The position numbers and the translations under genes are program-made. From an uncultured Bacteroidales bacterium (lineage in GTDB: Bacteria; Bacteroidota; Bacteroidia; Bacteroidales; Paludibacteraceae), in NCBI GenBank assembly GCA_946187555.1, contig CAMHQP010000001.1, positions 2,651-66,650 of the forward strand: 64,000 bases of DNA, read 5' to 3'. Shown here in pieces: positions 44,721 through 53,074 of this stretch (positions within the stretch are counted from its first letter, which is position 1; every line of letters starts with the position of its first letter). The notes under the pieces are model-generated. The model searched no databases and was not told the DNA's origin. It was given only the letters and a program-made list of their open reading frames with translations.

Positions 44721-47700
44721 TTTGCTTCCTCCTTTTCTTCTTTCACCGGACTGCCGTTTACCTTCTCTTCCAGCGTCTGGAAAACGATGAAGAACGCCGG
44801 TACGACGAACACGAGTGCGAGCGTACCGATACTCATACCGCCTACCACACCGAGGGCGAGTGCACGGTTACCGTTGGCTCCTGCACCGCCGGAGATGACG
44901 AGCGGAATCATACCTACGATCATCGTGATGACGGTCATCAAGATCGGACGCAGACGTTCTTTACATGCCTCAAAGGCGGCCTCCGTGATACTCAGTCCCT
45001 GCTTACGACGCTCACTCGCGAACTCCGTAATAAGAATAGCCGTCTTCGCCAGCAAACCGATCAACATGATCACACCGGTCTGCAAGTAGATATTATTCTC
45101 CATACCCGGCAGACCCATCTTGTTGCCTACCCACGAGAACAGGAACGAACCCATGAGTCCGAACGGAACGGACAGCAGCACCGCAAACGGAGTGAGCCAA
45201 CTGTTATAAAGCGAACCCAAAATGAGGTAAATCAAGATCACGCAGATAAGGTAGATGAGTACCGTCATGTTACTCTTCGAACTGGACTCTACCTCACGCG
45301 ACATCGAGCCGTATTCGTACGTGCAGTACGTCGGCATCGTCTCTTTGAACACCTCGGCGATAGCCTGATGCGCCTCAGCCTCCGAATAGCCGGTGGCAGA
45401 GGTTACCGAGCAGGAGATAGACTGGAAGAGGTTGAAGTGATTGTTCGATGCAGAACCGACGATCTCTTCCAAACGCACGAACTGCGAGATAGGAGCCATC
45501 TTGTTGTTGCTTACCTTAATGTACATATTGTCCAGCGAGGACGGATCCAGACGATATTCCGGCGCAGCGCCCAACCAGATCTGATAGACCTTACTGAACT
45601 GGTTGAAGTTACCTACATACGAACCGCCGCAGTATGCACCGAGGGTGTTGAGCACCTTCTTAGCCGTTGTACCGGCGCGCTCGCACTGGATCGGATCCAC
45701 ATGCACTTTGTATTTCGGGAATCGCTCCGAATAGGTGGACATAGCGCTCGATATCTCCGGACGTTCCTGCAGTTTGGCAAGGAATGCATTCGTCTTGTTT
45801 CCGAAATCACTCATGTCGCCGTCGCTCTTATCCTGCACCTGCAGATCGATACTGTTCGACGTACCGTATCCCGGGATCTGCGGCATCTGGAACGGCAGCA
45901 CCTGGGCATTCTTGATACTCTGGCAGTCCAGATAGAAACGATAGATAATGAGGTCAATATAATGGTTGAAACCCTTACGTTCATCCCAGTTTTTCAAACG
46001 GATGACGAGCGAAGCGTAACTCGATCCGTTGGACGATATCAAACCGTATCCGCTACACAGACCGTAACTCTCCAACTCCGGAATGGCTTTCACTTTCTCT
46101 TCCACCTGCTTCATGATCTCCGTGTTCTCATGGAGCGTGGCACCTTCCGGCATACGCACCTCACACATGATAACACCTTGGTCTTCTTGCGGAACGAGTC
46201 CCGAAGGCATGATCTTCATGAACAGCACGAACAGCACAGATGCGCCGGCCAGCAGTACGAACGATACCCACGGACGTTTGAGGAATTTCTGTACAGCGCC
46301 CTGGTACTTGCCCAGAATAGCATTGTAACTTGCCTCGTAAGCAATCTTCGTGTAGTAGTCTATACCTTTGTGCGTTCCTTCGCCTTCCTCATTCGGGCGC
46401 ATCAGAATGGCGCAGAGTGCCGGACAGAGCACGAGGGCGCAGACGCAGGAGAGACCTACTGAACCTGCGATCGTGATACCGAACTGCGTGAAGAACGTAC
46501 CACTCGTTCCGCTCATGAAGGTCACAGGGATGAACACCGCCATGAACACGAGCGTACACGAGATAACGGCTACCGACACCTCGCTCATAGCCTCGCGCGT
46601 GGCTTGAATAGCTTTGTCTTTCGGACTACCCTTCATTTTACCCGTCTCCAGTTTAGCCATCACGGCCTCGACCACGACGATCGCATCATCGACGACGGTA
46701 CCGATGGCAAGCACAAGGGCGAAGAGGGTCAAAATATTCAGCGAGAACCCTGCTACCTGCACAATCGCAAACGTACCGAGCAGAGACACGATGATCGAGA
46801 TTGACGGGATCAAGGTTGCTTTCCAGTTCTGCAGGAAGAAATAAACGACCAAGATCACGAGCAGAATAGCGATGACAAGCGTCTCCACCACGTTATGGAT
46901 GGCGGCGAAGAGGAAGTCATTACTCGTCTCCAGCGTGACGAACTCCAGTCCTGCCGGCAGAGTCGGCTTGAGTTGCTCGTACAACTCATCGATCTGCTGA
47001 TTGACCAGCGTAGCATTGGCTCCCGGAGATTGGTTCACCAGATAGAACACACCGGGTTGACCGTCCATGACCGAGGTCATCGTATAGGTCTTCGCTCCGA
47101 TTTCTACCGTTGCCACATCGCGCAGATACAGCACATTACCGTTCTCCGATGTACGGACAACGATATTCTCAAACTCCTCGATACTCTTCAGCGTTCCTTT
47201 GTACTCCATCGGGTACTGATAGGCGTTCTCGGACTGCTGACCGAGTGTACCGGTAGAGGTGACGAAACTCTGCGATTGGATAGCGTAAGACACATCATCG
47301 GGTTCGAGCCCGTACTGCGCCATCACGTCCGGCTTCAACCATACGCGCAGCGCGTAGGTGTTACCTAAGTTACTCACGTTACCCACACCCGTGATACGCA
47401 GCAGACGGGGCTTGACGTTGATATCGATGTAGTTTGAGATGAAGTCCGCATCGTACTTGCCGTCTGTCGATTTGAGTCCGGCAATCTGCAAGATACTGTT
47501 CTGTCGCTTGGAAACCGTCACACCGGTCTGCAGCACATCACTCGGCAAGAGCGCTTGCGCCTGGGTCACACGGTTCTGCACATTGACCGTCGCCATATCG
47601 GGGTCGGTGCCCTGCTTGAAATACACCGTGATATTCACGTCACCCGTCGAAGAGGCGGTGGCGGTCATATACGTCATGTCTTGCACACCGTTGATCTGTT

Positions 47701-47902
47701 CCTCGAGCGGCTGAATAACCGATTTCATACAGGTGTTCGCATCCGCACCCGAATAAGAGGTGGAGATGTCCACCGTAGGCGGCGCGATATTCGGATACTG
47801 CTCAACCGGTAAGGTCTTGAGACAGATGAATCCGATGAGCGCAATGACAATCGCTATCGAGATTGCCATCACGTTTCGTTTAATGAAAATATTCTCTTTC
47901 AT
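44717..47902 (-). CDS. RND efflux pump inner-membrane permease (AcrB/HAE1-like)
   Basis: 1061 aa, 12-TM architecture with two large periplasmic loops. N-terminal FIKRNVMAISIAIVIALIG and conserved TM4 GTVVDDAIVVVE. Confidence 0.9.
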   Translation of the reverse strand: MKENIFIKRNVMAISIAIVIALIGFICLKTLPVEQYPNIAPPTVDISTSYSGADANTCMKSVIQPLEEQINGVQDMTYMTATASSTGDVNITVYFKQGTDPDMATVNVQNRVTQAQALLPSDVLQTGVTVSKRQNSILQIAGLKSTDGKYDADFISNYIDINVKPRLLRITGVGNVSNLGNTYALRVWLKPDVMAQYGLEPDDVSYAIQSQSFVTSTGTLGQQSENAYQYPMEYKGTLKSIEEFENIVVRTSENGNVLYLRDVATVEIGAKTYTMTSVMDGQPGVFYLVNQSPGANATLVNQQIDELYEQLKPTLPAGLEFVTLETSNDFLFAAIHNVVETLVIAILLVILVVYFFLQNWKATLIPSISIIVSLLGTFAIVQVAGFSLNILTLFALVLAIGTVVDDAIVVVEAVMAKLETGKMKGSPKDKAIQATREAMSEVSVAVISCTLVFMAVFIPVTFMSGTSGTFFTQFGITIAGSVGLSCVCALVLCPALCAILMRPNEEGEGTHKGIDYYTKIAYEASYNAILGKYQGAVQKFLKRPWVSFVLLAGASVLFVLFMKIMPSGLVPQEDQGVIMCEVRMPEGATLHENTEIMKQVEEKVKAIPELESYGLCSGYGLISSNGSSYASLVIRLKNWDERKGFNHYIDLIIYRFYLDCQSIKNAQVLPFQMPQIPGYGTSNSIDLQVQDKSDGDMSDFGNKTNAFLAKLQERPEISSAMSTYSERFPKYKVHVDPIQCERAGTTAKKVLNTLGAYCGGSYVGNFNQFSKVYQIWLGAAPEYRLDPSSLDNMYIKVSNNKMAPISQFVRLEEIVGSASNNHFNLFQSISCSVTSATGYSEAEAHQAIAEVFKETMPTYCTYEYGSMSREVESSSKSNMTVLIYLICVILIYLILGSLYNSWLTPFAVLLSVPFGLMGSFLFSWVGNKMGLPGMENNIYLQTGVIMLIGLLAKTAILITEFASERRKQGLSITEAAFEACKERLRPILMTVITMIVGMIPLVISGGAGANGNRALALGVVGGMSIGTLALVFVVPAFFIVFQTLEEKVNGSPVKEEKEEAK

Positions 47903-47905
47903 AAT

Positions 47906-47933
47906 TGTCCAATGTCAAATATCCAATGTCCAA
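47906..47933. repeat. 7-nt tandem array TGTCCAA TGTCAAA TATCCAA TGTCCAA filling the adaptor-pump spacer
   Basis: Read directly. 28 of the 31 intergenic nt between the stop (47934-36) and the start (47900-02) on the minus strand. Confidence 0.9.
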
Positions 47934-49016
47934 TTAGAAAATCACCCGCTGATTTTCAACGAGGTTATTCGCTCCTTCGGTCACGATGACGTCGCCTACT
48001 TCCAGTCCTTCGGTCACTACCAAGTCGCGATCCGAACTGATACTTGCGGTCTTGACAATCACGCTCGTCACGCAGCTGTCTGCGCCTACTTTATATGCCA
48101 GCGACTTGTCTTGCAGCCGAACAATCGCGTTCTGCGGAACAACCATCACATCTTTCACGTCAATCGGCACAACCACCGTTCCTTGCTCACCCGAATAGAG
48201 TCCTCCGTCGGGGTTGGGGAACGTAGCCTTGCAGGTCAGCGTACCTGTGGTACGATCTACCGTACCGGTGATACTCGTGATACGACCTTTGAGCGGATAT
48301 TCCGCACCGGTCTTGAAGAGGAACTTCACATCAGGTAAGGCCGCTAACAGACTTTCGTTATCTTTGACATCGGAGTGTGCGCGCTCCTCCAGGATCGACT
48401 CGTTCACCGAGAACTCGGCGTACATCTTCGCATTACCGCTGACCATCGTCAGGTAGGTGCCAGGGCTTACTTGGTCGCCGGCATAGACATGAATCGAACC
48501 GATCACACCGTCCACCGGAGCTTCGATGGTACAATAACTCAAGTTCACACGCGCACGGTTGGCCGTTGCCTGATATTGGGCAGCCGACGCCTGCGCCTGC
48601 TTGTATTGGTTCTCTGCGTTATCAAGTACGTACTTGCTCACGATGTGTTTTTCGTACAGGTTCTTATTGCTCTCGTACTCCAACTTGGCACTACTCTCTT
48701 GCGCCTTAGCGGCCAATAGGTTTGCCTCTGCCGATTCCAGTTCCAATTGTTTGTCACGGCTGTCGATGCGGAACAGCACTTGACCTTTCTTCACCTGCTG
48801 ACCTTCCGTGATGCACACTTCCATCAACTGACCGCTGATCTGCGGACTAATCGTCACATCGGCGGTTCCCTTCAGGGTTGCACTGTACTTCAGCGGCACG
48901 GAGATGTCGCTCTTACTGATCGTCATCGTCTGATACGAGGTCTGAACGGCCTTGGGTACATCGATACCACAAGCGGTCAGTACCACGGCAATTACAAATA
49001 GAAGATTTTTTTTCAT
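47934..49016 (-). CDS. RND efflux periplasmic adaptor (membrane fusion protein, HlyD family)
   Basis: The start at 49016 gives lipoprotein signal MKKNLLFVIAVVLTACG. Lipoyl/hairpin/beta-barrel order with coiled-coil LELESAEANLLAAKAQ. Confidence 0.85.
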   Translation of the reverse strand: MKKNLLFVIAVVLTACGIDVPKAVQTSYQTMTISKSDISVPLKYSATLKGTADVTISPQISGQLMEVCITEGQQVKKGQVLFRIDSRDKQLELESAEANLLAAKAQESSAKLEYESNKNLYEKHIVSKYVLDNAENQYKQAQASAAQYQATANRARVNLSYCTIEAPVDGVIGSIHVYAGDQVSPGTYLTMVSGNAKMYAEFSVNESILEERAHSDVKDNESLLAALPDVKFLFKTGAEYPLKGRITSITGTVDRTTGTLTCKATFPNPDGGLYSGEQGTVVVPIDVKDVMVVPQNAIVRLQDKSLAYKVGADSCVTSVIVKTASISSDRDLVVTEGLEVGDVIVTEGANNLVENQRVIF

Positions 49017-49042
49017 ATTGTATAGCATTTATTCCATCATTT

Positions 49043-50017
49043 TTAAATACTCAGCACATTCATTGCTTCCCAGGAGTCTTCCTTGATATCTTTCTTCTGG
49101 TGAATAGCCTTGCTCAGCGGAACGAGTACGATATCATCGTTCTGGATACCCACCATCACATTGCGCTGGCCGTCCACCAGCGCTTGCACAGCCGCTACAC
49201 CCATACGGGATGCCAAGATACGGTCATAAGCCGAAGGACTACCGCCGCGCTGTAAGTGACCGAGTACCGTCACGCGGGTCGAGTACTCAGGGTGCACCTT
49301 CTCGATCATCTGTGCCACGGTAGCCGCACCGCCTTCTACGGCATGCTCCTGTACCAGCACGATGGACGAGTTCTTCGATTTGCGACGACCGCTACCGATC
49401 GCTTCCTCTATCTGCTCGAGGATAGGTGCGCGTTCCGGGATGATTGCTGCCTCACAACCGCCCGCGATAGCCGCGTTCAGTGTCAGGAAGCCGGCATCAC
49501 GACCCATTACTTCAACAAGGAACACGCGCTCGTGCGAGGTCGCCGTATCACGCAGTTTGTCGATACTCTCCGTGATCGTGTTCAACGCCGTGTCATAACC
49601 GATCGTGGCATCTGTGCCCCAGAGATCATTGTCGATCGTTCCCGGGATACCGATCACCGGCAGATCATACTCCTGCGCAAACAGACTGCCGCCGGTGAAT
49701 GTACCGTCACCGCCGATCACGATCAGCGCGTCAATATGCTCGCGTTGCAAGGTCTCATAGGCTTGTTTACGACCTTCCGGAGTGTGAAACTCCGTACAAC
49801 GGGCGGACTTGATCAGCGTACCGCCGCGCGGGATGATACCCGACACGTCTTGGGTGGTAAACGTCTTCACTTCTCCGTCTATCAGGCCTTTGTAACCGCG
49901 ATAGATCACTTTCACTTCCATTCCTTGCGCAATACCTGCACGTGTCACCGCACGCACCGCCGCGTTCATGCCCGGGGCATCACCACCGGATGTCAGTACT
50001 CCAATAGTCTTTATCAT
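49043..50017 (-). CDS. pfkA: ATP-dependent 6-phosphofructokinase
   Basis: 324 aa. [29 protein letters not shown] and MGR blocks. Confidence 0.93.
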   Translation of the reverse strand: MIKTIGVLTSGGDAPGMNAAVRAVTRAGIAQGMEVKVIYRGYKGLIDGEVKTFTTQDVSGIIPRGGTLIKSARCTEFHTPEGRKQAYETLQREHIDALIVIGGDGTFTGGSLFAQEYDLPVIGIPGTIDNDLWGTDATIGYDTALNTITESIDKLRDTATSHERVFLVEVMGRDAGFLTLNAAIAGGCEAAIIPERAPILEQIEEAIGSGRRKSKNSSIVLVQEHAVEGGAATVAQMIEKVHPEYSTRVTVLGHLQRGGSPSAYDRILASRMGVAAVQALVDGQRNVMVGIQNDDIVLVPLSKAIHQKKDIKEDSWEAMNVLSI

Positions 50018-50049
50018 AGGTATTAATATTTATTTTTCAAAATCGGGCG

Positions 50050-50081
50050 CAAATTTACGAAAAAAAAATGACATACGCAAG
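50050..50081 (-). promoter_or_regulatory. pfkA promoter (minus strand CTTG-N20-TAAATTTG)
   Basis: The reverse complement of 50050-50057 is TAAATTTG, and of 50078-50081 is CTTG. It forms the left arm of a 42-nt inverted repeat with the promoter at 50321-50362. Confidence 0.6.
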
Positions 50082-50220
50082 CGTATGCCATTCTTTTCGC
50101 GATTTTTGTGCCCGTTTTCTCTAAAAAAATGCATTTTTTCTCCGTCTGTTTCGTCTGGATTGAATCCAGACACCTATAGTATTATATACTATGTATATAA
50201 TATAGATCTCGTTCAAAACG

Positions 50221-50264
50221 TTAGATATTAGTTAGATATTCCTTAGATATAAGTTAGTCATTAC
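50221..50264. repeat. four 11-nt direct repeats TTAGATATTAG TTAGATATTCC TTAGATATAAG TTAGTCATTAC
   Basis: Read directly, in the divergent pfkA / TonB-receptor control region. The period is about one helical turn. Confidence 0.85.
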
Positions 50265-50320
50265 CCTATGTATTACCTACCATCAAGCGAGGCATCTGCA
50301 TATAAAAAATATACTCATCT

Positions 50321-50352
50321 CTTGCGTATGTCATTTTTTTGTTGTAATTTTG
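50321..50352 (+). promoter_or_regulatory. promoter of the riboswitch/TonB receptor unit (CTTG-N20-TAATTTTG)
   Basis: CTTG at 50321-50324 and TAATTTTG at 50345-50352. Right arm of the inverted repeat. Confidence 0.6.
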
Positions 50353-50357
50353 CACCC

Positions 50358-50425
50358 GATTTGAGTTAGGGGTGCTTCGGCTGAGATCATACCCTTAGAA
50401 CTTGAACAGGTAATGCTGTTAAAGA
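50358..50425 (+). promoter_or_regulatory. TPP (thiamine pyrophosphate, THI-box) riboswitch
   Basis: GGGGTGC (50369-75), CTGAGA (50381-86), ACCC (50391-94) and GAACTTGAACAGGTAATGCTG (50398-418) match the conserved THI-element cores in order and spacing. Ends 3 nt before the ATG at 50428. Confidence 0.85.
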
Positions 50426-50427
50426 AA

Positions 50428-52599
50428 ATGAAAAGGAACATTCTTTTTTTATGCGCTTTCGCGCTCGTAGTATCTGCGCAAATGAGTGCGCAGGAAAATG
50501 CGGACACACTGTCCGCGAGTGATTTCAACCTTCAGGAGATCGTAGTGAGTGCGCCTGTTATGCAAGTGACCAATAGCAAACAGGAGATGAACCATGCGGA
50601 GCTGAACCGTGATAACACGGGTCAGAACTTGCCGTACCTGCTGAGTACCAGTCCGTCCATCGTGGTGACAAGCGACGACGGTATAGGCGTGGGTTACACG
50701 TATTTCCATATTCGCGGAACGGACCAGACGCGTATCAACATGACGATGAACGAGGTGCCCCTGAATGATGCGGAGAGTCAAGGTGTCTTCTGGGTCAATC
50801 TCACAGACATGGCGAGCGGTGTGAGCAGTCTGCAGGTTCAGCGCGGTATCGGAACAAGCGCCAACGGCGGCAGCAGTTTCGGTGCGAGTGTCAACCTCCG
50901 GACCTTGGACGCGTCTATCCCCGAGAGCGCACACCCCGGTCCCATACGCGGCGAAATCGACTTCAACGGCGGCATGTACAATACCTTCCGCGAGATGGTG
51001 AAGATAGACGGTTACTGGGGGAACCGGACTTCAAAGAAAGGCGCGTGGCATCTCGGCGGACGATTCTCCAAAGTAAACTCTGACGGCTACATCGACCGTG
51101 CCTGGTCTGATCTGCTCAGCTATCAGGGTGAGTTAGGCTGGCAGAACAGCAAGACTGCCGTTACTCTCACCGCTTTTGGCGGAAAAGAGAAGACCTATAT
51201 GGCTTGGTACGGCGTGGATGACGCCCATGCCTACAGTCAGAACGAAGCCGAGCGACGCTATAATCCCGCCGGCGAGTACATCGATAAAAACGGCAATATA
51301 GCTTATTACGACAACCAGACAGATAACTACCAGCAACACCACGTACACCTGCATGTAGGTCACCGCTTCAATATGCACTGGACGCTTTCCGCCACGGCGC
51401 ACTACACCTATGGAACCGGTTTTTACGAGATGTTGATTACGGATTGGACTACCTACGAGGCAGATAACATCACCCAGAAAGGCTTGCGGAACCATTTCTA
51501 CGGAGGAATATTAAGCACGAAATATGTGCATGAGAAAGTGGATGTGCAGATGGGTGTCGCCTTCAACCAATACCGCGGTCTGCAATACGGCAACATCGAC
51601 ACCACACTCTCTGTTCAACGTTGTTTTATTCCTTACTACGAGGGCCACGGCCTGAAGACAGACGCGAATATCTATGCCAAAGCCAACTGGCGCGTACTGC
51701 ACCGCGGCCGCGAGAAACTGAGCCTCTATGGCGATGTACAATATCGTCTTGTGGACTATCGTATCTGGGGCGATAACGAAGAGACAAGTTTTCTGGATGC
51801 CAGAGATCCGATTAACAAGCATCATACCTGGCATTTCTTTAACCCGAAAGCCGGTTTGACATACGACAATAAGGGTCACCGTCTGTCTGCCACTTTTGCC
51901 ATGGCGCATCGTGAACCAACGCGTAATAATTTCGTGACCAACACCGCTCCGGAAGATCCGAAGCCTGAGGTACTGTTTGACTACGAGTTGGGATACAGTT
52001 TTTCTTCGCCGGGCGTACTCAAAAGCGGCTATGCGATGCCTTGGACCATCGGATTGAACCTCTATTGCATGGACTACAACAATCAGTTGATCGCTACAGG
52101 CGATGTGAGCAGCGTCGGTTATCTGAACACCACGAACGTGAAGGACTCGTATCGCTGCGGAGCAGAGTTCCAGTTCGGTGTCGATTGGACACCTTGGTTT
52201 GCATGGAGAGGCAATATCACGTGGAGTCGTAACCGTTGGAGAGACGGCAATACATGGCGTACTATCTCTTTCTCGCCGGACTGGACCGCAGGCAACACCT
52301 TTAGTTTTCACTACGCAGGCTTCAATGCCGACATCCAGACACTGGTGGTCAGCAGCCAATATCTGGGCAATTACGAAGATGTTAACGCACAGTTAAAAGC
52401 CTATACGGTGACTAACCTGCTGCTTACGTATGCACTTCCGATAAGGAACAGCAATATACCTAACATAACACTCAAATGTCAGTGCAATAATCTATTCAAT
52501 ACAAAATACGTGAACAACGGAGGTACAGACGGCACGTACGTATGGTATTTCCCGCAAGCGGGTATCAACGTACACGCAGGTTTTGTCGTGCAATGGTAG
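50428..52599 (+). CDS. TonB-dependent outer-membrane receptor, thiamine-related by riboswitch context
   Basis: ATG at 50428 gives signal peptide MKRNILFLCAFALVVSAQ; the track start 50413 lies inside the riboswitch. Plug domain (ITVRGT-like FHIRGTDQTRINMTMNEVPLND), beta-barrel, C-terminal ...AGFVVQW. Confidence 0.85.
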   Translation: MKRNILFLCAFALVVSAQMSAQENADTLSASDFNLQEIVVSAPVMQVTNSKQEMNHAELNRDNTGQNLPYLLSTSPSIVVTSDDGIGVGYTYFHIRGTDQTRINMTMNEVPLNDAESQGVFWVNLTDMASGVSSLQVQRGIGTSANGGSSFGASVNLRTLDASIPESAHPGPIRGEIDFNGGMYNTFREMVKIDGYWGNRTSKKGAWHLGGRFSKVNSDGYIDRAWSDLLSYQGELGWQNSKTAVTLTAFGGKEKTYMAWYGVDDAHAYSQNEAERRYNPAGEYIDKNGNIAYYDNQTDNYQQHHVHLHVGHRFNMHWTLSATAHYTYGTGFYEMLITDWTTYEADNITQKGLRNHFYGGILSTKYVHEKVDVQMGVAFNQYRGLQYGNIDTTLSVQRCFIPYYEGHGLKTDANIYAKANWRVLHRGREKLSLYGDVQYRLVDYRIWGDNEETSFLDARDPINKHHTWHFFNPKAGLTYDNKGHRLSATFAMAHREPTRNNFVTNTAPEDPKPEVLFDYELGYSFSSPGVLKSGYAMPWTIGLNLYCMDYNNQLIATGDVSSVGYLNTTNVKDSYRCGAEFQFGVDWTPWFAWRGNITWSRNRWRDGNTWRTISFSPDWTAGNTFSFHYAGFNADIQTLVVSSQYLGNYEDVNAQLKAYTVTNLLLTYALPIRNSNIPNITLKCQCNNLFNTKYVNNGGTDGTYVWYFPQAGINVHAGFVVQW

Positions 52600-53074
52600 A
52601 AGCGAGCCAAGCGAGTAAGACAGCGCCTGTGGGAATCCATCCCCAGGCGTTTTCTGTTGCCCAGAAATCTGTCCACGGATTGGCTATCCATCCGAAGAAA
52701 AGGAAGATAGCCGCCCAGATAGCAACCAGCGCAAAGCCGATCAGAAGGGCAAAGAAAGAATGCAGATCAAAGAGGTGCTTATAATACAAATACCCGATCA
52801 TCGGGATGGCAATAAAGACCACCGTAGGCAACCAGTACGATGCTACACCCAGCAGAACAGCCACCTCAAAACACTGCTCCACCGAACTCTCGTGACGTTT
52901 GATGCGACCGAGAATAAGAATACAGAAAAGCACCAAAGCCATCACTGCAAAACCCCACCAATAATTATCCGGCAGGGACACAAACGCCATAGGCAATATA
53001 GCACCACCTATTGCCAGCAACCAGAAGATTGCCGGCAACAGATGGTACAATATCTCTTGGGTATGACGTTTCAT
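52565..53074 (-). CDS. integral membrane protein, unknown function
   Basis: 169 aa, about 5 helices, Trp-rich. ATGA-coupled to dcp. The 3' end overlaps the convergent receptor gene by 35 nt. Confidence 0.5.
   Translation of the reverse strand: MKRHTQEILYHLLPAIFWLLAIGGAILPMAFVSLPDNYWWGFAVMALVLFCILILGRIKRHESSVEQCFEVAVLLGVASYWLPTVVFIAIPMIGYLYYKHLFDLHSFFALLIGFALVAIWAAIFLFFGWIANPWTDFWATENAWGWIPTGAVLLAWLASTIARQNLRVR

Noticed and set aside
50082-50320. A phase-variable invertible promoter (Bacteroides fin-type switch).
   Set aside because: Both outward promoters lie in or outside the inverted-repeat arms and would be unchanged by inversion. No tyrosine or serine recombinase gene is in the window, and I cannot identify a strong promoter within the enclosed segment. 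It is reported as a finding with this caveat rather than called as a mobile or invertible element.
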